Positions 19,377-30,203 of a stretch of 63,098 nt of DNA are shown here, one piece after another. Source of the stretch: a virus (lineage: Duplodnaviria; Caudoviricetes); IMG/VR virus record IMGVR_UViG_3300044641_004951, positions 1 through 63,098 of that record; one strand, 5' to 3'. Every line of letters begins with the position of its first letter. Positions within the stretch are counted from its first letter, which is position 1. Below the pieces are notes generated by a model. The model did not search any database. It had not been told where the DNA came from and saw only the letters and a list, made by a program, of their open reading frames with translations. A program made the translations under genes and the position numbers.

Positions 19377-20327
19377 TCAGTCTTCTACATCGAAGAAGAA
19401 CAAGTGAAAGAGTCTAGAATTTTCTTTCATGTTACCGAAATACTGTGAAGCTGAATGTATTAATCGTGCATCCCACAGTACAAGTCTGTTATAGACGTTA
19501 CCCACTGTATCAACTAATTCAAACTTGGTTTTATCGTAGAAACCACCCTTAAAGACATCATGGTAATTATCATCACTAACGTTTATTTTTCTAATTTCCG
19601 GATATTCTTTACTACGGTAAAATGATGTTCCGCATTCTACAGGAGCGTTAGGAGTTAGATAGACTGCTGCAGCATAGCTCTGTACGTCGCTATGATATAC
19701 CAATGCATCATCAGCCAGGCAGTACTGAAAAATACCGTTATATTCAAACTCAGTCCACTTAGTGATTTTTCTACCAATCAACGATTCGAAGAGTTGTTTA
19801 GTATTAGGCGCAATAAACTTTGTTGACGTTCTCTGCCCTTTATGATACCTCAAATCAGGCGCGTAATCCTGCGTAAGAGCCATACTACGGACTTCGTCCG
19901 GATTTTCATAAAAATCATCCACTACTATAACACTAGGTAGCACGTTATTACGAATTCTTATCTCTGTCGTTTCATTAGCTAACGACGATCGGACGGCTTC
20001 TTGTCTGACATTTAAATTAATGTTAAAGATAGCGACTTTTTTACCTTCAACAGTTGCATACAACAATACGTCGTCTTTGTTAGGTGTAGGGATGCAGATA
20101 TCAAATCCGCTAAGCCTATAATCCGCGTTTGTTGTATTATAAAAATCTGCAACATCTTGTCTTACGTTAAAGTTATAAAATGCAACAGGGTGACCTATGT
20201 CAAGATAGTAAATTATATCGTTTCTTGGTAGCGAACTTACTAACCAACCTGAAATTCTTAGATGCCCATCGGCAACGTAAGCGTTATCGAGGTAGCCAAT
20301 AAAGTCTTTTGAGAGGGTATCATGCAT
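19377..20327 (-). CDS. Two-domain protein with a C-terminal DUF6445-like / 2OG-Fe(II) oxygenase-like domain
   Basis: VVDDFYENPDEVR, YHSD (HxD), AVYLTP, GTSFY, NVYNRLVLWD..LIHSA, RLFHLFF. Confidence 0.65.
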   Translation of the reverse strand: MHDTLSKDFIGYLDNAYVADGHLRISGWLVSSLPRNDIIYYLDIGHPVAFYNFNVRQDVADFYNTTNADYRLSGFDICIPTPNKDDVLLYATVEGKKVAIFNINLNVRQEAVRSSLANETTEIRIRNNVLPSVIVVDDFYENPDEVRSMALTQDYAPDLRYHKGQRTSTKFIAPNTKQLFESLIGRKITKWTEFEYNGIFQYCLADDALVYHSDVQSYAAAVYLTPNAPVECGTSFYRSKEYPEIRKINVSDDNYHDVFKGGFYDKTKFELVDTVGNVYNRLVLWDARLIHSASQYFGNMKENSRLFHLFFFDVED

Positions 20328-20329
20328 AA

Positions 20330-20887
20330 TTAATCCTTAATCCAATACCATACATCGTTAGGAATGACTTTAAAAAAGCCATTAATTTTTTTCTCTTGTC
20401 TAAACTGTAGAAGAGCCTTATTTACACCCGGTAGTGAGAAGTCATGACCGGAAAAAAGACCACCTGACCTAATCTTATCATACCACAAGTTTAAATCCTT
20501 ATAACACATTTCATAACTGTGGTCACCATCAATGAAGATAAAGTCAAAACTAGTATTAAAAAAAGCTGTGCTTGCGGCTTGCTTTGACTCTTGTATCCAA
20601 AGGTTCCATCTATAGCTAGGGAAATTTTTTAGATTAGCCAAGGCATTATCTTTTGCCTGATTCATAATATCTACGTTAATGAAACGATTCCAATCCTGAT
20701 ACGGTTTGTACGGATCGATACCGTTAATTACGGATATATTAGGACAATTGTCCAATAGGTAACACATATTATTACCGTACCAAACGCCTAATTCAATACC
20801 CCTTAAATTATCACCTAATGTGTTAATAACGTCGGGTAGTTCTATTGCTGAGGTGGAGTTGTAACGGTTGTTATATTTTGTATTCAT
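20330..20887 (-). CDS. Methyltransferase (Methyltransf_24-like)
   Basis: IELGVWYG, FDFIFIDGDHSYE, GGLFSGHDF. Confidence 0.82.
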   Translation of the reverse strand: MNTKYNNRYNSTSAIELPDVINTLGDNLRGIELGVWYGNNMCYLLDNCPNISVINGIDPYKPYQDWNRFINVDIMNQAKDNALANLKNFPSYRWNLWIQESKQAASTAFFNTSFDFIFIDGDHSYEMCYKDLNLWYDKIRSGGLFSGHDFSLPGVNKALLQFRQEKKINGFFKVIPNDVWYWIKD

Positions 20888-22058
20888 AAGCTAAATTGGT
20901 TCGCTTCAAATGTTTCGGTGACCTAATGGCTAAATTGGACTGTTTTCCATCCCACATCCAATCAATACCACCTAGTTCTAGAATTCGGTCGTGAATTTGT
21001 ACATCGTAAAACTTTTGTACTCTATCAACCAAGCGCTGTATTTCTTTGCGGCGCGGCTCTTGAGTATTGTTACCGCCCGCATTCATGTACTGAATGTAGA
21101 GCGGTTCTTGTATATGTATCATGCGTGTTTTCAAGAATGTTCTAACAAGCAACTCATAATCATCAACAATCGCTAATTTATTATTGTGCCGATTTAATTC
21201 GTGATAAACGGACCTTTTCCAGCACCTGAAATGATTAGGTACACCTACAATATGCCTCATTGTGCTAGCATTAATAGGCACATTTGCCGGTCTTAAAAAT
21301 CTACCCTTGTAATAGTATGAATAATGCAAACCCTCGCCCATGCCAAAACCATTACCATAATCAACCACACCGCCAGTTTCATAAATTTCTGCACTATCGG
21401 AATAACAAAAACCAGCATCAGGATATTTCTTAAACGCATTTACACATGCTTCAAGAGCTAAATGATGCAGAATATCGTCGTGATCAACTTCCATTAAGTA
21501 ATCACCGTTGCACAATGATGCAGCTTGTCTCTTTGTAGATCCTACCAGGCCATCGCATCTGTTAGATTTATAAACCTTTACTCTAGAATCTTGACTTACT
21601 ACCCTGCACATATGCTCGTAGTTGTCAAGACCAGGCGAATCATCCAGTACAATCCACTCCCAGTCTGTCCAGCTCTGCTCCTTCAACGATTCATACAGTC
21701 TATCGAACTTATTAAACGTCTTATATGCCGGGGTAAATAGGCTTATACTGGGATTGATATCTTGTAACGATAGCGTGGAGTATTTTTCATAAAGAAAATC
21801 CCCGGTTAAGTTATCTATTGAGTCAACAAATACCGTAGAAATTTTTGAAGTGCGGCTATTAATGAAGCGCTTGGCGTTACCTACAAACACTAGTAAATTA
21901 AATCTACCATTGAGAATCACGTACGAACCTACATCCGTATTAAAGTGATGTAGCTCGAATCCTTTCGCAAACCAATGGTATGGATCACTAGTATTAAATG
22001 ATAATATCGAAGGTTGCGAGTGGCTGAAAATAGCCACTCGCGGCACAATTGGAGTCAT
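20871..22058 (-). CDS. Family 2 glycosyltransferase
   Basis: TPAYKT, EQSWTDWEWIVLDDS, EVDHDD (DxD), DDYEL. Confidence 0.85.
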   Translation of the reverse strand: MTPIVPRVAIFSHSQPSILSFNTSDPYHWFAKGFELHHFNTDVGSYVILNGRFNLLVFVGNAKRFINSRTSKISTVFVDSIDNLTGDFLYEKYSTLSLQDINPSISLFTPAYKTFNKFDRLYESLKEQSWTDWEWIVLDDSPGLDNYEHMCRVVSQDSRVKVYKSNRCDGLVGSTKRQAASLCNGDYLMEVDHDDILHHLALEACVNAFKKYPDAGFCYSDSAEIYETGGVVDYGNGFGMGEGLHYSYYYKGRFLRPANVPINASTMRHIVGVPNHFRCWKRSVYHELNRHNNKLAIVDDYELLVRTFLKTRMIHIQEPLYIQYMNAGGNNTQEPRRKEIQRLVDRVQKFYDVQIHDRILELGGIDWMWDGKQSNLAIRSPKHLKRTNLAYEYKI

Positions 22059-22063
22059 AATAA

Positions 22064-25000
22064 CTATTTTATTTTATCGTTAAGCTCTTTAACTGCCTGG
22101 ATAAGAAGTGCTATAATTTTCTCGTAGTTTACAGCATAATATCCATTATTACGCATCACAACTACTTCAGGTAATACAGTATTTATTTCTTGAGCAATAA
22201 TACCTACATCAACTTTATTTCTATCTGGATAAAGTTGCTTACCAATATCATTCCATTCGAAATAATAGCCATTAATACTTTCTAACATACCCAAAGCATT
22301 TTCAATTATTTTCTTATTAGTCTTAAGTCTATCATCAGATGAGTAATATGCTGTAATATCGTTAGTAGCAACGATTTGACCAGCTGTACCTGTAGCAGCA
22401 ACACCCACACCTAAAGAGTTAACTTGTGCGTTAGAACCGGTTGAAAAGCCACCTGTAGTACCTTGATTACCTTGAGGTCCTTGTACACCTGTAGTACCCT
22501 GCGGGCCGTTAGGACCTTGTGCACCTGTTGTGCCTTGAGGTCCATTCGGTCCTTGTGGGCCTAAAAGACCAGTTGGTCCCTGTGCCCCAGTAGGTCCTTG
22601 AGGGCCAGTACTACCTTGAGCACCTCTATCACCCGTTCTAATAAAATCAATTACAATTCTAGAATTATTAGTAGGTAAAGTAGTACCAGTTACTAGGCTA
22701 ACTGGTATCTTATAATACCCTACAGCCCCTGTTACAGTTCCGGTTACTCTAAAGATATTTACAACGTCGCTGGCATTACCAGAAATTACTAGGTAACCTT
22801 TATCGGTATTAGTACTATCATCAAACGTTTCATACCAATTAATTTGCGAATTTAAACCTACATCTACGTTATCAATGTAGATGTTTAGTACCGAGGCAAT
22901 AGTAGCGTTATCATAACGTAATATACCGTTACCAGGATCACTGTCGGTAGTTGTAGTGCTAAATGTGTATAATACACCACCTCTAGTACCCTGAGAGCCT
23001 TGAACGCCTTGTGAACCCTGTGAGCCCTGGGCTCCTGTCGGTCCTTGAGCACCTTGAGCACCCTGGGCTCCTTGTGGACCCTGCGAACCTTGCGCACCTG
23101 TAGGTCCTTGCGGGCCTTGAGCACCTGTAGGTCCTTGTGCACCCTGCGAACCTTGCGGGCCTTGAGCACCTGTAGGTCCTTGTGGACCCTGCGAACCTTG
23201 CGCACCTGTAGGTCCTTGCGAACCTTGCGCACCTGTAGGTCCTTGTGGACCCTGCGAACCTTGCGCACCTGTAGGTCCTTGCGGGCCTTGAGCGCCTGTT
23301 GATCCTTGGTTACCTGTAGGGCCTTGAGCACCCGTTGGCCCTTGAGCACCGGTTGATCCCTGTACACCAGTCGGACCCTGACTCCCTGTTGGTCCCTGGG
23401 GTCCAGTTGGCCCGGCTACACCTACTGAGCCAGACAAGTTAACTTGCCATGCGGTATATGTACCAGAACCCGTGACGCCAGTAGTACTAAATGTAAGACT
23501 TCCAGTACCTGAATTATATGTTGTTACAGTTGCATCCTGGAAGTTACTTACATCAAATGCTATCTTAATAGATTGACCGGCAGTATAATTTAATCCAGTT
23601 CCAATTGTAATTGTACCTGAATTACCAGAACTTTGTAATGTATAGCTAGTTGAACTAGTCGTAGCGTATTTGTCACCAGCAAAACCTTGATTGCCTTGTG
23701 GACCTTGAGCACCTTGTGGGCCCTGAGCACCTTGTGGGCCCTGAGCACCTTGTGACCCTTGAGCACCCTGGGCACCTTGTGCACCTTGTGCACCTTGAGC
23801 TCCTTGAATACCTGTAGGGCCCTGAGCACCTGTAGGGCCTTGGGCTCCTGTTGGTCCCTGTGAACCTGTTGGTCCCTGTGACCCGGTAGGACCGGCGATA
23901 CCTACAGAACCAGAAAGATTTACTTGCCAAGAAGAATATGTACCGCTTCCCGTCACTCCTGTTGTATTAAAAGCAAGTGCTCCAGAACCAGAATTATACG
24001 ATGTAACCGCAGCATCCTGGAAGTTACTTACATCATATGCTATCTTAATAGATTGACCGGCCGTGTAATTTAATCCTGTGCCGACAGTGATTGTGCCTGA
24101 GTTTCCTGCATTTTGTAAAGTATAACTACTTGAACTAGTAGTAGCGTACTTGTCGCCTGCAAATCCTTGAGAACCTTGCGGACCTTGAGGACCCTGAGCT
24201 CCTGTCGGACCCTGTGGACCCTGGGCACCGGTAGGTCCCTGCGGCCCTTGAGCGCCTGTTGGACCTTGCGGTCCTTGTGCACCTAATGGACCCTGTGGGC
24301 CCTGGGCGCCTAGGTCACCAACCACTGAAAATTCTAAATTAACTACTTCATTATTTAAAAATACATCACTACTACCAATATGCACTACAGTAAATCTTCT
24401 TACACCTGCAGTACCAGTAATGATAGGACCTGTAACTCTAAACGACGCTATCTTGTTAGGAAATTCTGATGATCTAAACGTTAATACCGCTCTATTGCTA
24501 CTTGTAGAATCATCTAGAAAATCTAGAATATCAGTGATTGTAGCTCCGGTGTATTCAACTAAATCAAGAGCGATTTCAGTTACTGAAGAATATGTTGTGC
24601 TGTTAAATCTAAAGTACCCACTACCTGGATCTGCTGCCGTAGTAGTATTTGTACTAAATTGATAAATTAATCCGGAGTAATTAGTTAGAGGTAATGTCTT
24701 TACTCCATCATTAGTAAACTTCCACAGGTCGTTGGCTTCGTCCCAAAAAATCGAGACATTGCTGCTTGATCCTCTATTAACAGTAATGTTTACGTTACCT
24801 ATAGGCGCTTGAGAGCCTGTAACTGTAGATAGAAATACTAGGTTACCGGTACCAAGTTGTAAAGCATCTGAGCCTGTAAGTCTAGTCTGACCTGTTACTG
24901 TTAAATTGCCAGAAACATGAGCTACCGTAGTGTTAACTACAAGAGTAGTAGCATGGGTGGTATTAGCCGCAGTAGTTCTAAACGACTCGGAAGCCGCACC

Positions 25001-25135
25001 TGAGCCGAATGCATAGACATTAAGAGAAGCATTAGATACAAAAACGTTACCAGTAGTGGTAACAGTATTGCTAAACGTAGCTGCTTCTGCTACTTCTATA
25101 CCATGCTTAACGCGAAAATTCTGTGTGTTAGACAT
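22064..25135 (-). CDS. Second collagen-like fibre with C-terminal S74-like chaperone
   Basis: NFRVKHG N-terminus, Gly-X-Y tracts, [16 protein letters not shown]...GIIAQEI..LPEVV...[15 protein letters not shown]. Confidence 0.87.
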   Translation of the reverse strand: MSNTQNFRVKHGIEVAEAATFSNTVTTTGNVFVSNASLNVYAFGSGAASESFRTTAANTTHATTLVVNTTVAHVSGNLTVTGQTRLTGSDALQLGTGNLVFLSTVTGSQAPIGNVNITVNRGSSSNVSIFWDEANDLWKFTNDGVKTLPLTNYSGLIYQFSTNTTTAADPGSGYFRFNSTTYSSVTEIALDLVEYTGATITDILDFLDDSTSSNRAVLTFRSSEFPNKIASFRVTGPIITGTAGVRRFTVVHIGSSDVFLNNEVVNLEFSVVGDLGAQGPQGPLGAQGPQGPTGAQGPQGPTGAQGPQGPTGAQGPQGPQGSQGFAGDKYATTSSSSYTLQNAGNSGTITVGTGLNYTAGQSIKIAYDVSNFQDAAVTSYNSGSGALAFNTTGVTGSGTYSSWQVNLSGSVGIAGPTGSQGPTGSQGPTGAQGPTGAQGPTGIQGAQGAQGAQGAQGAQGSQGAQGPQGAQGPQGAQGPQGNQGFAGDKYATTSSTSYTLQSSGNSGTITIGTGLNYTAGQSIKIAFDVSNFQDATVTTYNSGTGSLTFSTTGVTGSGTYTAWQVNLSGSVGVAGPTGPQGPTGSQGPTGVQGSTGAQGPTGAQGPTGNQGSTGAQGPQGPTGAQGSQGPQGPTGAQGSQGPTGAQGSQGPQGPTGAQGPQGSQGAQGPTGAQGPQGPTGAQGSQGPQGAQGAQGAQGPTGAQGSQGSQGVQGSQGTRGGVLYTFSTTTTDSDPGNGILRYDNATIASVLNIYIDNVDVGLNSQINWYETFDDSTNTDKGYLVISGNASDVVNIFRVTGTVTGAVGYYKIPVSLVTGTTLPTNNSRIVIDFIRTGDRGAQGSTGPQGPTGAQGPTGLLGPQGPNGPQGTTGAQGPNGPQGTTGVQGPQGNQGTTGGFSTGSNAQVNSLGVGVAATGTAGQIVATNDITAYYSSDDRLKTNKKIIENALGMLESINGYYFEWNDIGKQLYPDRNKVDVGIIAQEINTVLPEVVVMRNNGYYAVNYEKIIALLIQAVKELNDKIK

Positions 25136-25170
25136 TAGCTTCCCTCTCCGCTAACCAGTTATTGAGCTAT

Positions 25171-27153
25171 TTATTTGAATGCAACTCTAAACACAGTAAC
25201 GTCAGCACTTGTAACCGTTGAATTTGATACTGCTAATAATCTAACATGAGTTGTATTTGCATTTAATGAGTAAGTCATAAATTTGGTATTAGAAAAAATA
25301 GTACCATACTCAGTAGAATGCACATTAGATGTATTGTATATACCAAGAACCTCGGTCAATATTATTTGATTGCCATTGGCAGAGTTTTTAGCAGATACTG
25401 TATATTTAGCGCTCTTAAAGTCAGTAATTAAAAACGAATCAACAACATTAGATGTAGAGCCGTCGCCAGGGAATATAAACGTGCCTGACGATTGTGATAT
25501 AGCTGAATTATTCGATGTAAACTTAACCGCACCATTAGAAACAGTATCACCATTGATATTAACTGTATTACTAATCGTAGTAGCAGTATTTACTGTTAGT
25601 GAATTACCACGTACCGTTACACTATGTGAACTATTAGAACCTAAGACGGTATTTCCTGATATTTGGATATTTTCTGCGTTAACCGTAGTATTTGATAATA
25701 ATGTTAGTGTCTGTGAACTAATCGTTATTGTAGTAGAATTAACCGTTGTGTTAGTTCCGGATAATACCGTGGTATGGAGACCATTAGAACCTAATGTAGT
25801 ATTACCATAAATTCCAATCGTACTAACATTAAGTGTTAATGTTGAAGCATTCACTGTAGCGTTAGAAGTAACGCTTAAGGTAGGAGATGCAATGCGTGTC
25901 GAAGTTGAATTGACGAAGGTATTCGAACCAGATAGAACTGTAAGGTGTAAGCTGTTAGTACCTAGGGTGGTATTACCGCTTATGGTAAATACTGCAACAT
26001 TGCCCGTAATGTTATTTGCAATTACGTTGGCATTGAGCCCGGCCGATCCTATGGTAGTATTACCTAAAACACTAATGGTTGCTACGTTGATACTTAACGC
26101 TGCTGCGTTAACAGTCGCATTAGCTGTGATCAGTAAGGTCTCAGATGTAACGAGTGATGCAGTGGCATTTATTGTTAAATTTGCACCTGAAATAACTGTG
26201 GTATGTAATGTGTTAGACCCAATAGTGGTGTTACCGTACACCCCTATAGCAGCTACGTTAATAGTTAAAATGCTAGAATTGACGGTAGTGTTAGATGTAA
26301 CTGCTAAATTTTGCCCGCTTACCGTAGTATTAGCCGTGATGGATAATGTCTGAGAAGCAACGTATGCCGCAGCAGAATTAACGTATGCATTTGCACCGGC
26401 AATTACGGTGGTATGCAGGCTATTTGAACCAATAGTTGTGTTACCGTAAATACCTGACGATGTTGTATTTACCGTAAAGCTGACCGCGTTTATCGTTGTG
26501 TTTGAAGTTACTGCTAGTGTTTGAGATGCAATATATGACGCAGTAGAGTTAATGTAAGCATTTGCACCAGATATTACTAAAGTGTGTGATGCGTTAGATC
26601 CTAGCGTAGTATTACCATATACGCCAACAGCACTTACATTAACTATTAAACTTGATGCATTTACCGTTGCATTAGACGTAACGCTTAAGGTAGGAGATGC
26701 AATGTAAGATGCGGTCGAATTTACATAAGCATTAGCGCCTGATAATACAACGGTGTGTAAGCTATTGGCACCTAACGTTGTATTGCTATTAATGGTTACT
26801 AATGCTGTATTAACTGTAGTGTTAGAATTAATAACTAAAGTATTTGAGGTGACAATGGTTAAATAGCCATTTACAGTAACGTTAGAAGAAGTGGAGCTGT
26901 TAGCAAAGCCTATAGTTATACCGGCAATATTAGCCGTGTTAGCTACTCCACCACCCCTTATAAGAAGAGCTGTTAAGGTATTAGCCCCTAGAGTACCTAT
27001 AACAGAACCATTACCGCTGACACTATGACCGTTCGCCGTATTACTAACAGTAACAATTTCTGTTGTAAGTGAGTTTAGTAATACGTTAGTTTTACTTACC
27101 CACCCAGCAAAGGTATCTGTAGCGATATTAACGTTAGCAACTGTTTTAGCCAT
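25171..27153 (-). CDS. Asn/Thr/Val-rich repetitive structural (fibre-like) protein
   Basis: N-terminal TDTFAGWVSKTN fibre motif; ~57-aa repeats GNTTLGSNxLHTxVxSGAN; C-terminal DSF...FKSAKY...TEYG domain. Confidence 0.7.
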   Translation of the reverse strand: MAKTVANVNIATDTFAGWVSKTNVLLNSLTTEIVTVSNTANGHSVSGNGSVIGTLGANTLTALLIRGGGVANTANIAGITIGFANSSTSSNVTVNGYLTIVTSNTLVINSNTTVNTALVTINSNTTLGANSLHTVVLSGANAYVNSTASYIASPTLSVTSNATVNASSLIVNVSAVGVYGNTTLGSNASHTLVISGANAYINSTASYIASQTLAVTSNTTINAVSFTVNTTSSGIYGNTTIGSNSLHTTVIAGANAYVNSAAAYVASQTLSITANTTVSGQNLAVTSNTTVNSSILTINVAAIGVYGNTTIGSNTLHTTVISGANLTINATASLVTSETLLITANATVNAAALSINVATISVLGNTTIGSAGLNANVIANNITGNVAVFTISGNTTLGTNSLHLTVLSGSNTFVNSTSTRIASPTLSVTSNATVNASTLTLNVSTIGIYGNTTLGSNGLHTTVLSGTNTTVNSTTITISSQTLTLLSNTTVNAENIQISGNTVLGSNSSHSVTVRGNSLTVNTATTISNTVNINGDTVSNGAVKFTSNNSAISQSSGTFIFPGDGSTSNVVDSFLITDFKSAKYTVSAKNSANGNQIILTEVLGIYNTSNVHSTEYGTIFSNTKFMTYSLNANTTHVRLLAVSNSTVTSADVTVFRVAFK

Positions 27154-27351
27154 TTATTTTCCGTCAACTAGTTTAATTAAAAGTTCTTTAATCTGGGTGA
27201 TATCACTCTTTAGTTCTTTAACGTCCTGCTCTAAAATCGCCACCTTATTGTTTCTTTCTCTTTGCTGCATATAAGCAGTGTAACTCTTATTGTCTTGATT
27301 AACCAAGGCATTAGTACCGTTCAGTCTCATAAAATCCTTAGTGGTAGACAT
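27154..27351 (-). CDS. Small coiled-coil protein, often found after VrlC-like genes
   Basis: ALVNQD..Y..Y and ELKSDITQIKELLIKL pattern. Confidence 0.6.
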   Translation of the reverse strand: MSTTKDFMRLNGTNALVNQDNKSYTAYMQQRERNNKVAILEQDVKELKSDITQIKELLIKLVDGK

Positions 27352-27352
27352 A

Positions 27353-29467
27353 TTAAGCGGTTAATGCAATACCTCTAATATTTTCAACTGCCGGACGATA
27401 TAGGACGTTATCCGATAGTAGAACTATTTTAAATGCAAACGTCTTATATGTATCTTGTGCGCTGAGACTATTATTAATATACCTTACGATACCTGAATTT
27501 AAATAATTCTTGAAAGCACTATTTTTCAAGGTTACCTTTTCTACATTTAGTGTAGTAGAAGCTGAAATGAATCCTGAATGATTAGTCTTTGTAGAGTCTA
27601 GAGTAGTATCTATGGTCAAAGTTGTAGTGTTAGAAGCAGTAACCACCGCAATTAACGAATTGTTAGGAGTCAATGGGCTGTAAATGCGCACCACATCGTT
27701 AGGCTGAATGTTAGCTGTTGCATGATTATTAACCGTACTCACTGCACCAGTAAAAATGGCGCTGTTATTTGCCGAGCTAAATTTGCCTGGAAATAGCGTG
27801 CCTGACGAAAGAGTCTCTGCATTAGCAAGTGGGAAGTTCGGAAGACCAAATTCTAGCTCTACCAAGTCGTTAGGATTGCTTGCATTGCTTAGCAGCGTTG
27901 CAGGGGAAAGAAGTTCTAGATAAGACCAGTTCTTAGTGTCTAGAGATTCTGGATCATAGCTGTTCTGCAATCTTACATACACTTCGATATCTGTATTTTG
28001 TGGCTTGAAGGCTGTTAAAAATACTTTAATATCTTCAGCGTCTTGACCTTGGGCAAGAGTAATTGACTTAGAAATATACTTAGCCACCGCATTGCCGTTA
28101 GGCGTGTGTTCATTTGCGGTATTGTTGTTTACATCGAACTTAAACGTAAACAGATTCATATGCTGCTCACTTAGCATTGGAGAGGCATATTCATTATCCG
28201 AAGTCATAGTAACATCTAACACAGCGGACTTACCACTGGTTAAGTTTAAAGGATTTTGTACTTCAGTAGAGCGCGAGAAAATATACGCGGCAAAATCATT
28301 CATCTCTAGCTTATTGCCGTAAATTAAGTCGTAACTCTTATTTACAGTTGTGTATAAACTATTAGCCACCTTAACATTAACGTCGACATAGGTGCCGGGA
28401 GGTGTGGCACTTCTAAACTGCTGCTCTAACGCATGAATAGGAAAGTCCCAAAGCGTTGATATAGTAAGCATGGCGTTAGAAGAAATACCGTGTACGTTCT
28501 GGGCGGCTTGGAAGCAGAAGTTACTATTGGCCGCTGTTGATGCTACAAGGACTAAAGAGTTTGCTTCCGGTAGGTAATCGAATACTCTTGCCACCGGAGA
28601 TACAATATATTTTGCTGTCGCATTAGTAAATGCAGGAAGCGACTCAAGAGTCATTGACGTATTACTCGTAACTGTCTTTACTCTTCTAATATCATTAGTA
28701 GTACCAGAATTAAGGACGATGTACCCACCAGAGGTATAAGTTGTTTGGAAAGTAGTTCCTGTGCCTGTCACGGTAAATGACTGAGCATTAACACTGACGG
28801 TCTGCGCTGCTGGAAATCCATTATTAGCAAATACTAATTCACCAGGAGTAAAGTTGCCAGAGAGTGTGTTAGTATTAAATCTTATAAACTCATAATTTCT
28901 ATTTACTACATTATACGTCTTAGCAAGTGAAGTAAATCTCGCCACTCGCACAACCATCTTAAGATCGGTATCGTGTAAAGGCGTAGGTACACTACCATTG
29001 GTAATGTTGTAAAACTTACCATCCAGTATACCTAAAGTGGTAGCCGTAGATACATCGGTGCTGTTGTATAGTTGATCAGAAGCTTTATTACGCCAAATAG
29101 CAAATCCTGTATCTGAGCCATCGAATTTGATAGCGATAGCGTACATTGTATTTGTCTTAATAGCTACTGGTACAGAGAAAGTGAATTTAGTAGCTGTCTG
29201 AGCACTCGACGACGTCTGAATGGCGCTATACTCAACTCTAGCTCTTCCTAGACTTAACGACAGATCAGGTACATTGTCATTACCTACCAGACGCGTAGGA
29301 AGTATGTAAATAGTTACACCTGGTGCAGGTAGATTGCTACTAGTTGAGCCTCTAGACGGCTTATTACTAAAGAACAAATCTACACTAGTAATGTGCGTAG
29401 CATCGCTTCTATTAACTAGATTGCGATCAATGAAAAATGTTTGAGCTAATTCAGCTACTATTGACAT
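27353..29467 (-). CDS. Virion structural protein (C-terminal part of a VrlC/DUF4815-like protein)
   Basis: LAQTFFI...ITSVDLFFSNK, TATKFTF..PV, KYISKSITL, FAFKIVL...RGIAL. Confidence 0.7.
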   Translation of the reverse strand: MSIVAELAQTFFIDRNLVNRSDATHITSVDLFFSNKPSRGSTSSNLPAPGVTIYILPTRLVGNDNVPDLSLSLGRARVEYSAIQTSSSAQTATKFTFSVPVAIKTNTMYAIAIKFDGSDTGFAIWRNKASDQLYNSTDVSTATTLGILDGKFYNITNGSVPTPLHDTDLKMVVRVARFTSLAKTYNVVNRNYEFIRFNTNTLSGNFTPGELVFANNGFPAAQTVSVNAQSFTVTGTGTTFQTTYTSGGYIVLNSGTTNDIRRVKTVTSNTSMTLESLPAFTNATAKYIVSPVARVFDYLPEANSLVLVASTAANSNFCFQAAQNVHGISSNAMLTISTLWDFPIHALEQQFRSATPPGTYVDVNVKVANSLYTTVNKSYDLIYGNKLEMNDFAAYIFSRSTEVQNPLNLTSGKSAVLDVTMTSDNEYASPMLSEQHMNLFTFKFDVNNNTANEHTPNGNAVAKYISKSITLAQGQDAEDIKVFLTAFKPQNTDIEVYVRLQNSYDPESLDTKNWSYLELLSPATLLSNASNPNDLVELEFGLPNFPLANAETLSSGTLFPGKFSSANNSAIFTGAVSTVNNHATANIQPNDVVRIYSPLTPNNSLIAVVTASNTTTLTIDTTLDSTKTNHSGFISASTTLNVEKVTLKNSAFKNYLNSGIVRYINNSLSAQDTYKTFAFKIVLLSDNVLYRPAVENIRGIALTA

Positions 29468-29485
29468 TTATATTCCTAAAGATAG

Positions 29486-30169
29486 TTAATAGATGCCGGA
29501 TGCAGTTATACCAGCTCCATGTCCTGTATTGTCACCAGCACCCGACGAGTCAAAACCATATGCTACATCAGACGCAGGTCCAAATACTCCGGGGTCCACG
29601 GGACCTATAACTGTCCCGCCATCGGGATTGGGTCCATCCCCCGTTATCCCAGTATCATAATATGTCGTAGTACCAGCTGGTTTAATTTCCGTAAACTGAA
29701 TACCGTAACTTAACTGTATAACACCGGTGGCATAGCACCTAGCCTTGCGTAATGTCTGCGTTAAGTTATCAGTATCTACAGTATCACTTAACGATCCTAC
29801 CACTGCATCAGCAGTAGTTGCATCTAGTACTATTAGAGACTTAGGACCACCATTAAGTTGGGCGTAAGAATAGTATGCTTCTTCTGTAGTAAAGTTTTGT
29901 TTCGTAATAGAATCGGTATACGTAAAATCAAATGTAATAGTACCGTTCAAATTAGTAACTAACTTACTACTATAGCTAGCCACATTAAATATAGGTCCAA
30001 CAAACGTATCTGAATTAGACTCATTAACTAATACCTGCTTCACCTGCGAACTAGGAACTAACACGCCATCAAAAAATAACTTGACCTCAGTAACGGGATT
30101 AAGTCCATTAATAGTTACTCTGAATGTCTGGCCTCCAGTTACGTATAAATTTTGAATAGTTCTTGCCAT
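29486..30169 (-). CDS. Virion structural protein (middle part of a VrlC-like protein)
   Basis: TFRVTINGLNPVTEVKLFFDG...LVTNLNGTITF resembles the central GL(K)PxTxxxxFFDG segment of VrlC-like proteins. Confidence 0.55.
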   Translation of the reverse strand: MARTIQNLYVTGGQTFRVTINGLNPVTEVKLFFDGVLVPSSQVKQVLVNESNSDTFVGPIFNVASYSSKLVTNLNGTITFDFTYTDSITKQNFTTEEAYYSYAQLNGGPKSLIVLDATTADAVVGSLSDTVDTDNLTQTLRKARCYATGVIQLSYGIQFTEIKPAGTTTYYDTGITGDGPNPDGGTVIGPVDPGVFGPASDVAYGFDSSGAGDNTGHGAGITASGIY

Positions 30170-30186
30170 TTGCTAACCTTTTTTAA

Positions 30187-30194
30187 TATTTATA
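30187..30194 (-). promoter_or_regulatory. T4-type late promoter
   Basis: Exact TATAAATA between the 34217 and 30169 ORFs. Confidence 0.7.
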
Positions 30195-30203
30195 CGTTAT
30201 TAT

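Noticed and set aside
14534-24282. Many short alternative-frame and antisense ORFs over the collagen genes
   Set aside because: These are shadows of Gly-X-Y codon periodicity, which lacks stops in other frames; they have no independent motifs.
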